From Chromera velia (taxonomy: Eukaryota), in the NCBI GenBank assembly GCA_018398765.1, contig JAHBMJ010000013.1, positions 1-64,000 of the forward strand: a DNA stretch of 64,000 bases. The letters run 5' to 3'. The translations under genes and the position numbers were made by a program. Positions 48,514 through 62,028 of the stretch are shown piece by piece (positions within the stretch are counted from its first letter, which is position 1; every line of letters begins with the position of its first letter). The notes under the pieces are model-generated. The model ran no database searches, was not told the DNA's origin, and was given only the letters and a program-made list of their open reading frames with translations.

Positions 48514-51500
48514 GTTAGTGTGATCAACTCAGGGGACGAACAGAAGCAGGCAGGAAGACGCAGACGGGAACAAACAGCCATCATCAGAGAGAGAAAAGAG
48601 ACACATATGCAGCGAAACCGGTGGATCTATAGAGAGATAAACTGAATCGGACAGAATTAAGTGAAATGCCCTCTACTAGACTGACAGGAACACAAATAGT
48701 TGCTCAGACAGGCAAGCACACCCGAGGGCGAATGGGTGAGATGGAAATTTGGCAAAAGCGACCGCAATCTGTTTGTTTACTTGCTTGCTGGGTTCCTTGA
48801 TGGGTTGCTCGAGAAACTCAAGCTGCGTGCTCTAGATCAGAAGAAAACAAAGTAAGCAGACGAGAGGGTCAGGAAAAGAGACACGCAGCGGGTAGACTAG
48901 GCAAAGTCAAAACCAATTCATGCGAAGGAATTTGCAGATATTCCGTGACGTACATGTGTGCGTATGCTGTGGCTTCCTCATCGACGACACTACACACATA
49001 AGAGTCGAGAGCGAAGCGCCTACAAGTTTTGAGCTCGGCATTGTTTTGCAGTCGGTACAACTTGTGTCCTTCCCACTTACGTGCTCTTCTGCGTGCTTGA
49101 CTGATCCCCCTGCAGAATTAGACGCCGCACCGCTTCGGGCACACCGGTGGACCAGAGAGTCACCGCGGGTTCCAGCAGCAGCAACAGTGCCACAAGGTAA
49201 GCGACTGATGCTTGTCTACGTAGACTTTCTGATTCTTCGACTTGAAGTTCAGTCCCTTTTGACCTCGTTGAGACCCGACAGTTGCGCCTAAAAGATTACT
49301 CTTGTCTGTCTAGAAATTTATTTTCTGGTCATAGCTCTTCTTCGCTCAGCCAGAAGACTATTATTTTCTTGTGCAACGATTTTGATGTGGGTGTCTGTTT
49401 CAGGTTCTCTTTCACTTTGACCTATACTCTTTTTTGTGCGATTGCAGCGGACTGGCACCAGCAGTACATGTACAGGTGCAGCAACCTTCGGCCAGCTCCT
49501 CGTTAGCGCTGAGGTTGACCAACGTCGGAGTGAATCGTCTGAGGTCAGTGCGGTGCTTCTGTATGAGAGCGTTTTAAAGCGTGGTGCAACCGCAAGACCC
49601 CTCGGCTACATTGACGTTTCCTTGCCACATGCTTTGCCAGGATACCAAACCATGCGGGACCCCGGCCGTCTCGGTCGGTTCGGCTGCTTGGGTGTTTCGT
49701 TGGGCGTCGAGTCTCTCCTCCTTTCGGGCATGCAGACATAGGAGGTGTTTGCGTTCTGGTTTCTGTCAGTTGTTCTCTTTCGGGATCCCTTTCGAGGGTC
49801 AAAAGGGCGTCGATCCTCCTGCTAGAGACGACTCAGTCTGACGAAAAAACAACTGCATTTTTTTGCAGTCGTGTGCTCCTCTTCTAGGCTCCTTGTCACT
49901 GGATCGTGTGTGCTGGCCGGCATGCACGACACCCAGTGAGAGAGACGAAAAGGAGTAAAATCCGCCTTCTGGAGAGCACTTTCCGTACAGAGGTGCTGAC
50001 TCTGACGTCTCTTTTTTGTTTGCAGACACAACAACGGGCAAGACGAAGAGCCTCTCCAGGAGGGATCAGTTGCTTCTCAACACGAAGGGAATGGAGCTTC
50101 ACCCTCACACGACGACTGGGACTATTGAGGGACTGAAGGGAGCAAGGGAGGAAAGAAGGAGGGATAGTAGGTGAACGGTTTGGCAGGAGTCAACTGCGGA
50201 CAAATACGGCTGGGGCGTTGATCGATTGACACAGCAGCTCGAATAAGAAGATCCTCAGACGAAACGACGTATGTGGTGGAAAAGAGGCACAAGCAGATCG
50301 ATGCACAATGTGTATCTGAAGCTTTCACGGAGATCTCTCTAACAGCCCGTGCTCTCTTGTTGCCAGCCTCCCACTTGAGTATGCAGCCTGGCTTCAGTTC
50401 AAGCCCGAATGTCTCCGATATGTCTCCGATTATTAGTCGTCTCCAATAGTCGCCCATGGTTGATGTCGGTTGCATGGTAGCTGATATGCCTCCGCAGCTT
50501 TAGCATTGTACACTCGTTACTGCCTGTTTCTTTGATCGTCCGTATCAGCACAATCGGCTAAAAGAGTCCTCTTTCGAGACTTCCATTGTCAGCCAGTCGG
50601 GTGGTGCCCGTCTCCCTTCTCTGTATGAAAATGACCGCGCAGAGACCTCGATACGGAGAGGCAGCGAGTGTGTTCGCCGTACGAACAAACTACCGTCCAA
50701 TTCATTTGCGTAAGGCGTACGGGGTGGTCCATATCTGCCATGTTATTGTCGAACCAGATTTTCCGGTTGGTCAGCTGTTCATCGAATTTCCGGCTGACAA
50801 GCAGACTGAAACTCACCTCACGTCTCCTTTCGATTCCATCTTATTTGGCCTTCCTCTTTTGGTTGATCTCCCCATAGAACAGCTTCTCAGTCCTCTTTCT
50901 TGCTACCATTTCTTCTGTTGGCGTTCCACCTGTGCACTATTTGCCGCTTCGCCTTTGTGAGCCCAAAGTCTCCCTATGTGCTGTCTCCTCATGCATGCAT
51001 TGTCAAAGACAAACGGTGGCTCCTTTTTCATAACTCGATCGTGGCATCCTTGCCTGGTACCTAAGTCCCTCACACTGATGCAAATATCAATTTGTCTCGG
51101 CCATGATCTTCATTTTTTCTCTGATGATGCGCTGTGATGATCGTTCCCATCTTTTTTGAATAACTACAGTCAACGGTGTGCTCTCTACATTGCAAGAGTC
51201 TGCAGGAAGAAGGTCGAGGTCGGAGGATCGACTTCGACTTCGTCGAGCAAAACAAGCAGGACCTTATGTTAGCGGCTTTCCTGCCATTCTCAGACCTCAT
51301 CTGCACAGGCAACACGGCCTATGTCTTGGGCCGGGATCTTGATAACGAAGACTTGTTTCGTGGATTCCCTGTCGTGCCAAACAGAGTCAGTCATCGCGCA
51401 ATCAGGACACACAAAAAGTGCACATACTGAAGAGAAACGGGACATCAAATGAATCGTAGCAATGATTATCTGTATCGCGTCTCAGCAGTTCCTCACCACG

Positions 51501-54500
51501 GAGAAGAAAAACTGCCACATAGAGGCGGCCAGCATCCGAGCTCCTTGCAAAAAACTTTCTCGCATTTTCTCGCCCTCTGTTCCCCTTCCTGCCTGCAGAC
51601 GGTTGCACTCTATGGTGATTACCTAGGTGATTACGGAGGGTCGGTATATTCTTCTGAGTCTGTTCAATGTGTTTTCCATTCCTCGCATCTGGGTCCATCT
51701 CCTCCGCTTTCTTTTTTCACGCTTTCTACGGAATCCTTCTCCAGCTTGTCTCTCGTGCTTTCAGCACACCCACAACTGAACAGACAAAATGCTCCGTGAC
51801 AGCCTGTCCTAAAGCACATCCAGAGAAGCCCGATTCCACGACTCCCAGTGTAAGTATACTTTGTAAAGACTGAGTCTCACTGAGAAGCTGAAGCGCCCCT
51901 TTCAACTTTCATATGCAGAGAAGATCGCCATCAGACTTGACGTGTCAGGATCGAATGGAAGTATAAGAGTTTTAGTAAAATCAATTTGAGTGTTTTATGA
52001 ACTTTAATGGGAGAGAAATAAAAAACTAAACAAAGTTAGGCTTTCAAATGAAAAACTTAGAATTTCACATTAGGTTTTAACATAATTGCTTAAGAGACAA
52101 GTACTGTATTCGCAAGATTTTTGAATCATTTTTTACAAATCTGGTGACTGAGAATTGATGCCGCTCACTTGTATAAAAAATCAGCTTATGATGCCGACTA
52201 GTTCATGATTTACATCTAGATTGGCTTTCAAATTATATAGTGATACGTAAACGGTATAACTTTAGTTTATAAGCCTTTCAACTAATTAAGCAGTTGATCG
52301 AATAATTCGAATCTGCTCCGCGATTCTCCGAATAGTAATGCCGCTAGTTCTGCGGTCAATAAATAGTATGAACACATGTTTCGATCTAGACAGTTAGTGC
52401 ATGATGATGATCATCAGTTATAGTTAAAGTTGGTATCATTCCTCAGTATTATTCAACTTGAATCATGGACTTGATAGAAATTAACATAGAATTAAGTGAA
52501 TGAAGAACATATGAACTATTCAATTATAGGCTTTTCTTACATCGATATTTATTCTAGTATTTATTTTTACACATATTTTTTTAAAATGCAGCTAGCCAGA
52601 CATGAATCACATGATAAGAGAAGAATTGATTAATCGAAAAAAGGGATTTGAATTGGGACACCGAAAGTATCCACAGGATACATGCATGCATGTACATGCA
52701 TGGATGCTTCTGTGCATTGCAAGATTCGCAACCATGCGTCACTGAGACAATCAGTCAATCATTCATTCAGTCATACTCATTTGGATCGAGTAAGCGAGTA
52801 GGTACATGCATGAAAGGAGACGGAGAAGAAGAAGAAGGAGAAGTACACAGTCAAACTGACCAGAAGAAAAGAGGTGAAACAATGCTTGCTTGCAGGAGCT
52901 TACGCGGACTGACAAAAGCCCAGACGTCAGCACTTGGCGGTCAGCTTGCCCGCATGTAGATGAGTGAGAAGAAGAGAAGATGGTTGAAAGTTGGCTTGAA
53001 GGAGACCTTTGAGTTCAAATAGAAGGAGAAAAAAGAGGGGAGAAACGGGGGAACGTCGATCCACTGACTGACAGCAGCTACTCGGCTGCAAACGAGAAGA
53101 GAAGAGAACACATGACCATTTCTTTCGATCTCCCCATATCAATCAGCCAATCAATAGATCAATGAAAGAATGTGTGTGTGTAAGTAAACTTGTTGAAGGT
53201 CCATTCGAGGAGTGAATCCATCATCAGTCATCAGTCTTTGTCCCTCCCTCCTACTCCCACTTTCTTTCTGCTCTCCAGACACACACAGAGGAGCGACAAT
53301 CGAAAAAGGCACGAAAAAGAAGAGAGGAAGGTGGAGAAATAATTCAAAGTCGGAGGGGGGGGGGGAAGGAAACGAGTGAAGGCAGGAGGGAGGGAAGCGC
53401 GAACGGATTAAGTAAATTCAGAGGCAGACGGTGATCTCTTCAAAGGGGCACGGAGAAGGAAGGAAAGAAAACAGGGAAGGAGACCGTCTGCGTCAGACAG
53501 TGCAGACACACAAACACTGACACACACACGCATGAAAGACATGGGCGCCTGCACCAACGCATGCGCACACGTCCACGCATACTCTTTTTCCTTCTCTTCT
53601 CGTTCTCTGTCTTTCTAACATTCTGGTCTCGCCTCTTCTTTTTCATCTTTTCTCTCTTGCATAGATGACAGCCACGAACCTGACGCACGCACACGAAAGA
53701 ATGAACACAAGCCAAGATGTCGACAAAGTATCAAGAGTCACCAAGAAGCACGAACCCCCCCCCCGTGGCCCTTTCGCCCCCCCTCCTTGAACAACAAACA
53801 CGGTTGATCGGTCTACAAAAAGACGACCTAACGAAGAAATGAAACTGTCGGTTTCTCTCCACGTCAGTCATCCAAGTCATCTGCTTATTCGCTTGCTGTG
53901 CTGTCAGCTGAAGAGAAAAAAAAAAGAAAGACGGACAACGAGCCGACGTCCGTCTCCTCAATGCACCTGTTTAGTTTAACCTCTGCCCCAGCCGACAACC
54001 TTGCAGACGCAAATCCAACCAAGTAAAAGCAACAAACCAAAAGAGCAAAGCCGTTCCCCATCGGAGTGCCAAGTGAGAGAGCCGAAGCCCTTCCCACCGA
54101 AAGACACGGAGACAAAAGAAAAGAAAGATACAGGCAAAAAAGAATGCAACAGAGTCACCAACCCCCCCCCCGGCCCAACGAGAGAATAATACAGAGAGTG
54201 CTGGAGAGGACGCGCACGAGTTGTGCGGTTCCCTGCCTCTCTACTGACTCATACGACTCCAGCCTCCCCATGAATACCTTCAAACATAACGCCCTACCCC
54301 AAAGACAGACCGACAGAAAAACGAGTACGAACAAGGTCCACATCGTTAGAGGTGCAAAAGGACGACGGAAAGGAAAAAAGGACGTAAGCCAAGCGTGGGT
54401 TTAAAAGGGTTGGAGAGCGGGAGGGAGGAACTAAAGGGGTGAGGATAGGAGGAGGACACTGAAAGAAAAAGGCTCTTAACAGTCTCTCACTCATTCCACG

Positions 54501-55223
54501 TGAATGAACAAAGGAGCGAAGCGAAGGGGAAGCAGGGAGTAAAACACGCGTTCTGTTTGTTTTGTAGTGGACGGAAGGAAGGAAGCAAAAACGAAATAAA
54601 AACAAAAAACAGTCTTTCCTCCTTTCTTTCTTGTGCTCCCTTGCGCAGTGCAGGTGGGTAGACGATTTAAAAAGAGAAGGACGAGAGAGGAACTTAGGAA
54701 AGGAACTGATTGCCCTCCCTGCCCCCCCCCCCCAAGAGGACCTGATCTCTCTGTCTGACAGACGAAGGGAAGGCGGAAAGAGAAGAAAGCACACCGAGGC
54801 GCAAGGATGAAAGGGTGATGAAGGGTGTGACGGTATGACGGAGTTGCACTACGTTGACATGCGGAGAAAGAAGCAAACGTTCATTTGCCTCTTTTCTTTT
54901 CTTTGCTTCCTTTCTGTTGTTACACTTTCTTCTGTCTGTGAAAGGTGACTTTTTGAGTACAAATTACATGGGGTCTTTCTTTCCTACTGTTCTTTCTGTT
55001 CGATTTCCTTCCATATTCTTTCTTGCTTCCTCTCTTTTTGAATTTCCCAGCTTCGTCCACACTTCTCCCCCTTGGACCCGCCTCCCTTTTCATCTCCTTC
55101 CTTCCTTCCTTCCTTCCACTCTTGCATAATTCCCTTTCTTCCCAACCATCCTCCAGGTAGTGAAACAAACAAACGACAAACCGCAAGACAGAGAGGCAGA
55201 GCGTCAGACTGACACACTGATTC

Positions 55224-56811
55224 TTAGCCTGACGGCCCTCCGGCTGTCGCCATAGTTCCCCCGTCCCCCCCACCTCCATTCACAAGCCCTGAGCCGGGGC
55301 CCAACGCTAGTTGAGGCAAGAGCGACACTCCCCCCCTTCCTCCGGGGTGACCATGGACCCCGCCGCCGGGGCCCCCCTGAAGTGGCCCGACGGCTCCAAG
55401 TCCGCCCCCCCCCCTTCCCCCCCCCACGCCATCATCCATGCCAACTCCAATACCGGCACCCAGCTGGAGACCAGCAAGGTTAACACCCCCTCCGCCATTT
55501 CCTACCCCGCCTCCCCCATGAGCAGAGCTGGCCCCTCCACTTCCACGGACCCCGGCAGAGGGCCCCCACCCGGACCCATCGGACAGGGCTCCCCCGGAGG
55601 ACCGCAACTCAGGCCCAAACGCGCCAAACGCAGGCGGAAGACCTCCGGGACCTACCCCGACTCCCAATCCTAGGTGGTGAGAGTGGGATGGACCCGGACT
55701 GGCTCCATGGGTAAAGGAGTGGGAGTGACCTAAACCCAAAGGAGGCACGAAACCATCAGAACCCCCTACTACGCTATGAGCGTGGCCCCCTCCGTGAACA
55801 CCGTTGGGCATGCCGGAGCTCCCTGGGCCCACCCCATTCTGGCTGGGTCCATCTGGTCCCTCCACACCAATCTCCCCTCCGGGCAATTGACCTGTGGTCC
55901 ACATGAAGTGATATCCCCCCCCGGCGCCTTGACCGGGCTGACCTCCCGACCCCCCCACAGCACTCCCGGGGGGGCCCTGGCCAGACTGCTGCTGGTTACT
56001 GGCTCCCGAGGACTGGTTTTGAGGGGGGATCAGGTGGGGGTGGGGGACTGTGGCGACCTCAATGGGTGCCATGCTCATCGGCTGAACGTTGGCCAGAGAC
56101 GGACCAAGACCGTAGATGATCCCGGAAAACTTAGAATCGTCAATCTGGTTGTCAAAGTACGTAGCCATCAAACGGAAGAAGGTGCGACACGTCACCAGCG
56201 AGTCACTGCCAGCCTGGTGCTGGGGCCCTACCCTTTCAACCTGAATGTGAACAGAAGAATAAGGGGCACAAATGTTTGTTTATACACCCGAAGATATCAT
56301 GGTGTAATGCCACATCCGTCAAGGTTCGATCTCCAAAATCAACCCGAAACAGACTTCTCTCTCTCTCTCACAGACACACGCACACACATTCACAGAACAA
56401 TCTTGAAGAAGACCGCTAAATGCTTACACCGCCATAGAAAAAAGAACGTCGAGCGCGAATGTACAGAGCAACGCCAGCACCCCCCCAATCTTTCCCCGAC
56501 TATCAAGCCAGCAAGAACAACGTACCGCGAGATGTTCAGCTATTCTTTGCAGAGAGGCCCCCCCCGTCAGCTTCAAATTCTCCGCAGACCTGCACAAGCA
56601 CAAGCGCAAGCGCAAGCAGAGATGCGTTCCAACAGTCCAGCATTTCCAACAGTAAAATACGTTTCAGAGCACGCACACGCACACACACATAGAAACACAT
56701 ATACACACGCACTCGCACAAGCGCGCGCACACATACACACATATACACACGCACTCGCACAAGCGCGCGCACACATACACACGCACGCAAGCACACTCAC
56801 ACGCGCGCGCG

Positions 56812-56853
<42 letters not shown>

Positions 56854-56893
56854 ACACTCACACACACGCACTCACACACACGCACTCACACAC

Positions 56894-56931
<38 letters not shown>

Positions 56932-58974
56932 AAACATACTCACAAACTCAAACACATGCATCTCACACAGAGCGGCTGTTAAGCGGAAAGAAAGAGAGCC
57001 CAGCATTCCAGGAAGGCGGGAGGGAAACAGGCGGGCATGAGCACCGACAAAAACAGACAGTGAGTCCTGCACAGCCTGCAGCCAGCCTGCCGACCAACGT
57101 ACCTGAGGAGAAATTTGATGTCATACAGAGCGGGAAAGTAGTCGTGCAGGAGATCAAAAAACGTATTTTCTCGTTCGGGGAGTGATGTGCATGTGAGCAG
57201 CTTGAGGAGGTACCCAAAGTCATAAGACCCGTGGAACGAAATCCACTTCACCTCGTCGTTCATCACCAAACCACTCGCCATGATCAACTCCCCAAAGTCC
57301 ACCACCTCCACACCCTTCTCCTGATGTTTCTCGAAGTCAATGCCTGACTGCTTCAAGAACTCAATCGAATCCTGGGCGTACATGTCCCGTCTGCACAGAT
57401 TCAATAAAACAGTCAAGAGAAAAGAGGTCAACCCCTGTGTACCTCTGCAAAGCTCTACAAAATCCTCCAGGCATATGTCCCATGGGAAGAAGGAAAGGGC
57501 CCACAAACACAAACGGCATCAGCGAGGGCTATCCTTCGGCCCCTGAGAAGAAGTGTTCACAGGTGTCAAAGCGAATACGAATGCATACTCAACTTCACAG
57601 ACTCTCACAAGAATCCTTCTCTACGCAGAGGAATGCGACCATGTGCCATGCTTCACAAATGAACACATGCATGAGTACACACAAACACGGCCCATCCGAA
57701 ACTTCAACGGTGAATGATCAATCATTCATTCATTCATTCATTCACACATATTAAGTAATACATGCACTCAAGCACACGGATACGCACACAGCCATCATGA
57801 ATACAACTGATACACACACCAGACAGAAGACCAACCCACCCCAGGTCAAACTTGAAATTGAACTGCCATGTGGAGATGCCGGGTGCCTCGTTGCCGTGAG
57901 AGTCTGCGAACGTCAGACCGAGCTGAATCACCTTCAGCAGGTCCACGTTGCACTTTACCGTCTGGTAGTTGTACTCTCCTCGGCCATCGAAGTTTCCGGT
58001 TGGGCGGGCAACAATACCGGGAAACTCCGTGTCCTGCGGGAAGGCAAGCATCAATAAAACAGCAACGGAACTGATTGGTCTGATTTCTTTTGATCCGTCA
58101 CGCAAACTTTGAGGCTCACTTATTTACGATGTTAATGCGGTTCTTGCACCATATGGGTGATTCCCTTCAATTCTCGGAATGCCAAATTCTCTGACTCTCA
58201 GAGAATCAACTTCGCTTTCTTGCCCTGCCTGCCCTTCTGTGTGTTTTCGTTTGCGAACGAGTTTTTTGCCTGTCAGGCACGCGTACGTATTTTCCACCAC
58301 ATGATCCTACGCGCACTCTCACCTTCTCAGACCCACCAAGCTAGTTTCCAACCACAAGAAGCACACTCATAGAACCACGAGCAAGCAAACGAAAAAAGAG
58401 AGGATTGGAGAGAGAGCAAGCTGGAAGGCAAGTAGGCAGGGGTCCAGGCAAACAGGCAGATAGACAGGCAGGCAGGCAGGCAGACGCGGGCGGTTCAACG
58501 CTAGAAGAGGGGCAGAAAGCCAGGCAGCCGACGAAAAAGGGGGGAAAGGCGAAGGGCAAACAGGTCAAGGAGCAAAAAAGCAGACACCATATCAGTGCCG
58601 CGTCACCATAGGAGAAGCAGCAGGGCAGGAAGAGAGGCACTTTCGCAGCATAGAAACACAGCAGACACCTTCCGAAAGAGAGGAGCATGGACCCAAATAG
58701 GCATGGTGTGGGTGCATCATGCCAAAAGAATGGAAGAGGAGGTGTATACCACTGCACCCCAGTAATTACGTAGTAAGCTGGCTATGGTACAAGGCACACA
58801 CCCAAAGCAGTCACAGGCCTCCGGGCCATGAAGAGAGGGTCAAACAGACGAACTGACCATGGCAATGTATGGATACTTGTCCACAATGTCACGGATTCTC
58901 TCGAACTCCTCCTGTAGGTTGTCCGCCCATACCTCCCTTATCTGCCTCTTCGATGTTTGTACGAAGCCATTCAT
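55224..58974 (-). CDS. CAF1: CCR4-associated factor 1 (CAF1/POP2/CNOT7-8), DEDDh poly(A) deadenylase, with Gly-rich C-terminal extension
   Basis: Five in-frame exons: 58974-58858, 58033-57840, 57390-57103, 56589-56526, 56240-55224. Motifs [58 protein letters not shown]. Confidence 0.96.
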
Positions 58975-59897
58975 CTTCCTTCCTTCGTTCTTCTGTTTTG
59001 CTCTTCTCCTTTGTTATGAGGGGAAGAAAGCGGCTTGGCTAAGCACAAACAGAGCACGAAAGAAACGAAACGCCTTCCATTCCTACGTGATCAACATGAT
59101 CGATTGGTAGATTGATACGAAAACAAAGCAAGATGATTGATGATCGAAAGGTTAGGCTCTCAGCGCCTTCAGTGTGGCCTGCACGACAGCATTTTGAGAG
59201 GTCGGGGAAGTCACACAGGAACAGTGAGTCACTGGTACGTAGATTGCTGTGGTGTGTACGTTCGTATACGTTCTGATGTAGTGAGAAGGCAAGATCAAGG
59301 GTTTAGAAGGGGAAGCCAAGGAAGGGCAGTTGTGGTTGGTGAAGGCCGGGTTGAGCACCGCAGAATTTCGTTCAGAGCCCTCGGCCCCGGAAATTTTCGC
59401 ACACAAGAGCGATTTCTCCTTTTCCGATTTTCGGAATGCTCGCACGGAGAAGCCACTCGGGTGGCACACAAATTTTATCCTGCATGCCGCGGACCGCTTT
59501 TGCTCCTGCAGGGAGCGAAGCGCGCCATGCAAACAGAATATCTCACTAAAGTTTTTCTGAAGTGGTCCCGCAAAGAGATTTTTCCAAAGCTCGTCTCTTT
59601 CCGGGGCCTCAAGCGCGTCCCTCGCAGCACGATTCAAGATCGAGGCAAAGGTTGTCATCAGAGGGAGACAGAATGAGAATGTGACGAAGACACAACTGGA
59701 TGTATGCATCTGCCATGCAGTTGTGAGCTTTCTCTCTGTGATCTTTGTGGTATTGAACCGTCAGACAGTCTTTGAACAGCTCGACACGCGCGCTTTTTCT
59801 TCTGCCCTTCGCACGTGCGCTTTGGATCTCTGCGAGACGGCACTGGAAGGGAAGAGATCACTGAGAGAAAGTACAGAAGGAACGAAGTCTGGGGAGG

Positions 59898-61965
59898 ATG
59901 GCGGAAGATCAGGAGAGGTACATCTCGAAGGTTCCTTCGAGTGCATTCCTCAGCTTCGTGCCGAAGGATGCACATGAAGGATTCGTCGACACTGTCACTC
60001 TGACAGTCGACAGGGTGGGTTGAATCAGTCCGGGAGACGCCTTGATGGCTTTCGTGTTCGTAAGCGAAGTCTTCATCGCTTCCATCTTTGAATTGTGATA
60101 TGTCTGCAGGCTTCTGAGCTGAAGTTTATGGCGGAATGTCGGAAGTTGGCAGCAGAGCCTCATCTGCACGCCCCTGTTCACTTTTTGAACTCGATGGACA
60201 CTCCGAAAGAGTGGATGGTCCTCGAGTCAGCTGGTCCCTCAGGCGGACACGCGAACGGCACTTCTCTTGGTGCGAAGGCCAACGGAACGAACGGAAGTGC
60301 AAACGGACACGGTCATGCCAATGGAGTGACACATGGACCCGGAGCCCGGATTCCCGGCTTCTTGACTCGGGTATGAAGGGAGGGAGGGATTCAAGGAGAC
60401 TGCCTGACCGCGATTTTGTTGGCACATGCCTGGGATAGAAGGGGCACTCTTTCATTGGTCTTTGATGCATCTTCACCTAAGTATCGTGACAAATGTGCCG
60501 TGGTATTCGAGAAAAGGAGACTGCCTGACCTCTCTCCTGTTTGCATTACCGCGTTTTCGTCGTCAGTTGATCTCTGTATCACTTCGCCATAGAAGTCAAA
60601 CGCCTTTCCTTGTGGTATTTTGCACTTTTCTGCACCCAGCTGTCTGTTTTTCTTGCTCTCTCTTTCTCTGCTGCTCTCCCGGTCTGTCTCTGTATCAAAA
60701 ATCCTGTCTCTCACCCGTCTTTTGCGACGATGTCCGCAGGTCGCAAAGATGCTCGAGAAGCCCGAGTCTGTCGGCCGCAAGACCGTCATCATCCCTGCCA
60801 ACGTGGTCCCTTGTGCAATAGAGAAGTCCCCTGTGCTGTTTGAGGAAATCAAAGTCGTTTCTGGTCAGCAGTGGGTGAGAGAAGGATAAGAATCTAGATC
60901 CTTGACACTCTCCCGCCCGGTGGTTCTCCCTCCTGCCTCGAGGAAGGTCAAATCACTTCATTGACGCTCTCGTTGATTTCTGATTTGCCTGGGGGAACGT
61001 GCCCTGCCTTCTTCTCGCTGTTCTTACTCCGTTTCCGGCTTTCTTCACTTTGTCTTCACTTTTTCTGTCTTTCTTTGCTTCCTTCCCTTCCTTCGTTCCT
61101 TCCTCTCTCTTTCTCTCTACATATATGTATATATGTATACATGTACATATATTTTCCTGTCCAACGGTTATGGATGGGCAGGCAAGATTAGGGTCTGCTT
61201 GAGGGGTCTCTTCCTGGACCTCTGTAGCTGTCTGTCAGAGCCTGCAAAGGATGGATTCACTCACTTTTGTGCTGCAGGTCAAGCTGAGACTTTTGTGGAG
61301 GCAACGAAAGACCTGGCAGTGTTGCTGGAGACGGGAGAGACCTCTCAGACAGGAAACGAAAAATTTGTGGGACAAACACGGAGGGGGGCTGTGGAGGGTA
61401 TGCGCGTTGGTCTGCAGCTTTTGAGGGACCAGGCGGATAAGAACCTCTTCACCCTGCTCCTTCACGCAGTCAAGTGGGTCGACTAGGCATGCAGTCAGAG
61501 AGGCAAAGAGAGAGGCAGGCTGGAAGGACCGCAAGCGAAAAGAATGAGAGAGAGAAAAAAAGTGTCCGTGAATCCGTGTGTTTGAGTCACGTTCGAGGAT
61601 GCGGAAGGAGAGAAAAGTCAAAAAATGAAACACGGGGAGAATTCAGTCACTTTTCGGCGAGAGGACAGAATTCTCCTCATGGAGAGATGCTTCGACACAA
61701 CAGAAAAGATGACGGCCCCACGGTCTGTGCCGCTGACTAAAAGAAAAGATATCAGAACAAAATGGAAGAGCACGCCGTTAATACTTGCATTCGTATGTGC
61801 ATTGCACACGCACAGAGCGGCAGAAAGAAAGAGCAGAGTGCATGTTCAAAACCGTCCCTTTCCCCCCCTCCCCTTGAGTGCATGCAGGCCGAAGGATGTC
61901 ACTGCCTTCAGGGCATCCCCTGTCTGGGGGCAGTGGCTCACAAAGGTGCGCAGACAAAGGGAGCG

Positions 61966-62028
<63 letters not shown>

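Noticed and set aside
50122..51430. Short protein-like ORFs on both strands
   Set aside because: Frames do not join and no family is recognisable; possibly a decayed gene.
55776..57185. 469-aa plus-strand ORF
   Set aside because: Antisense to CAF1 and kept open by (CA)n microsatellite and GC-rich sequence.
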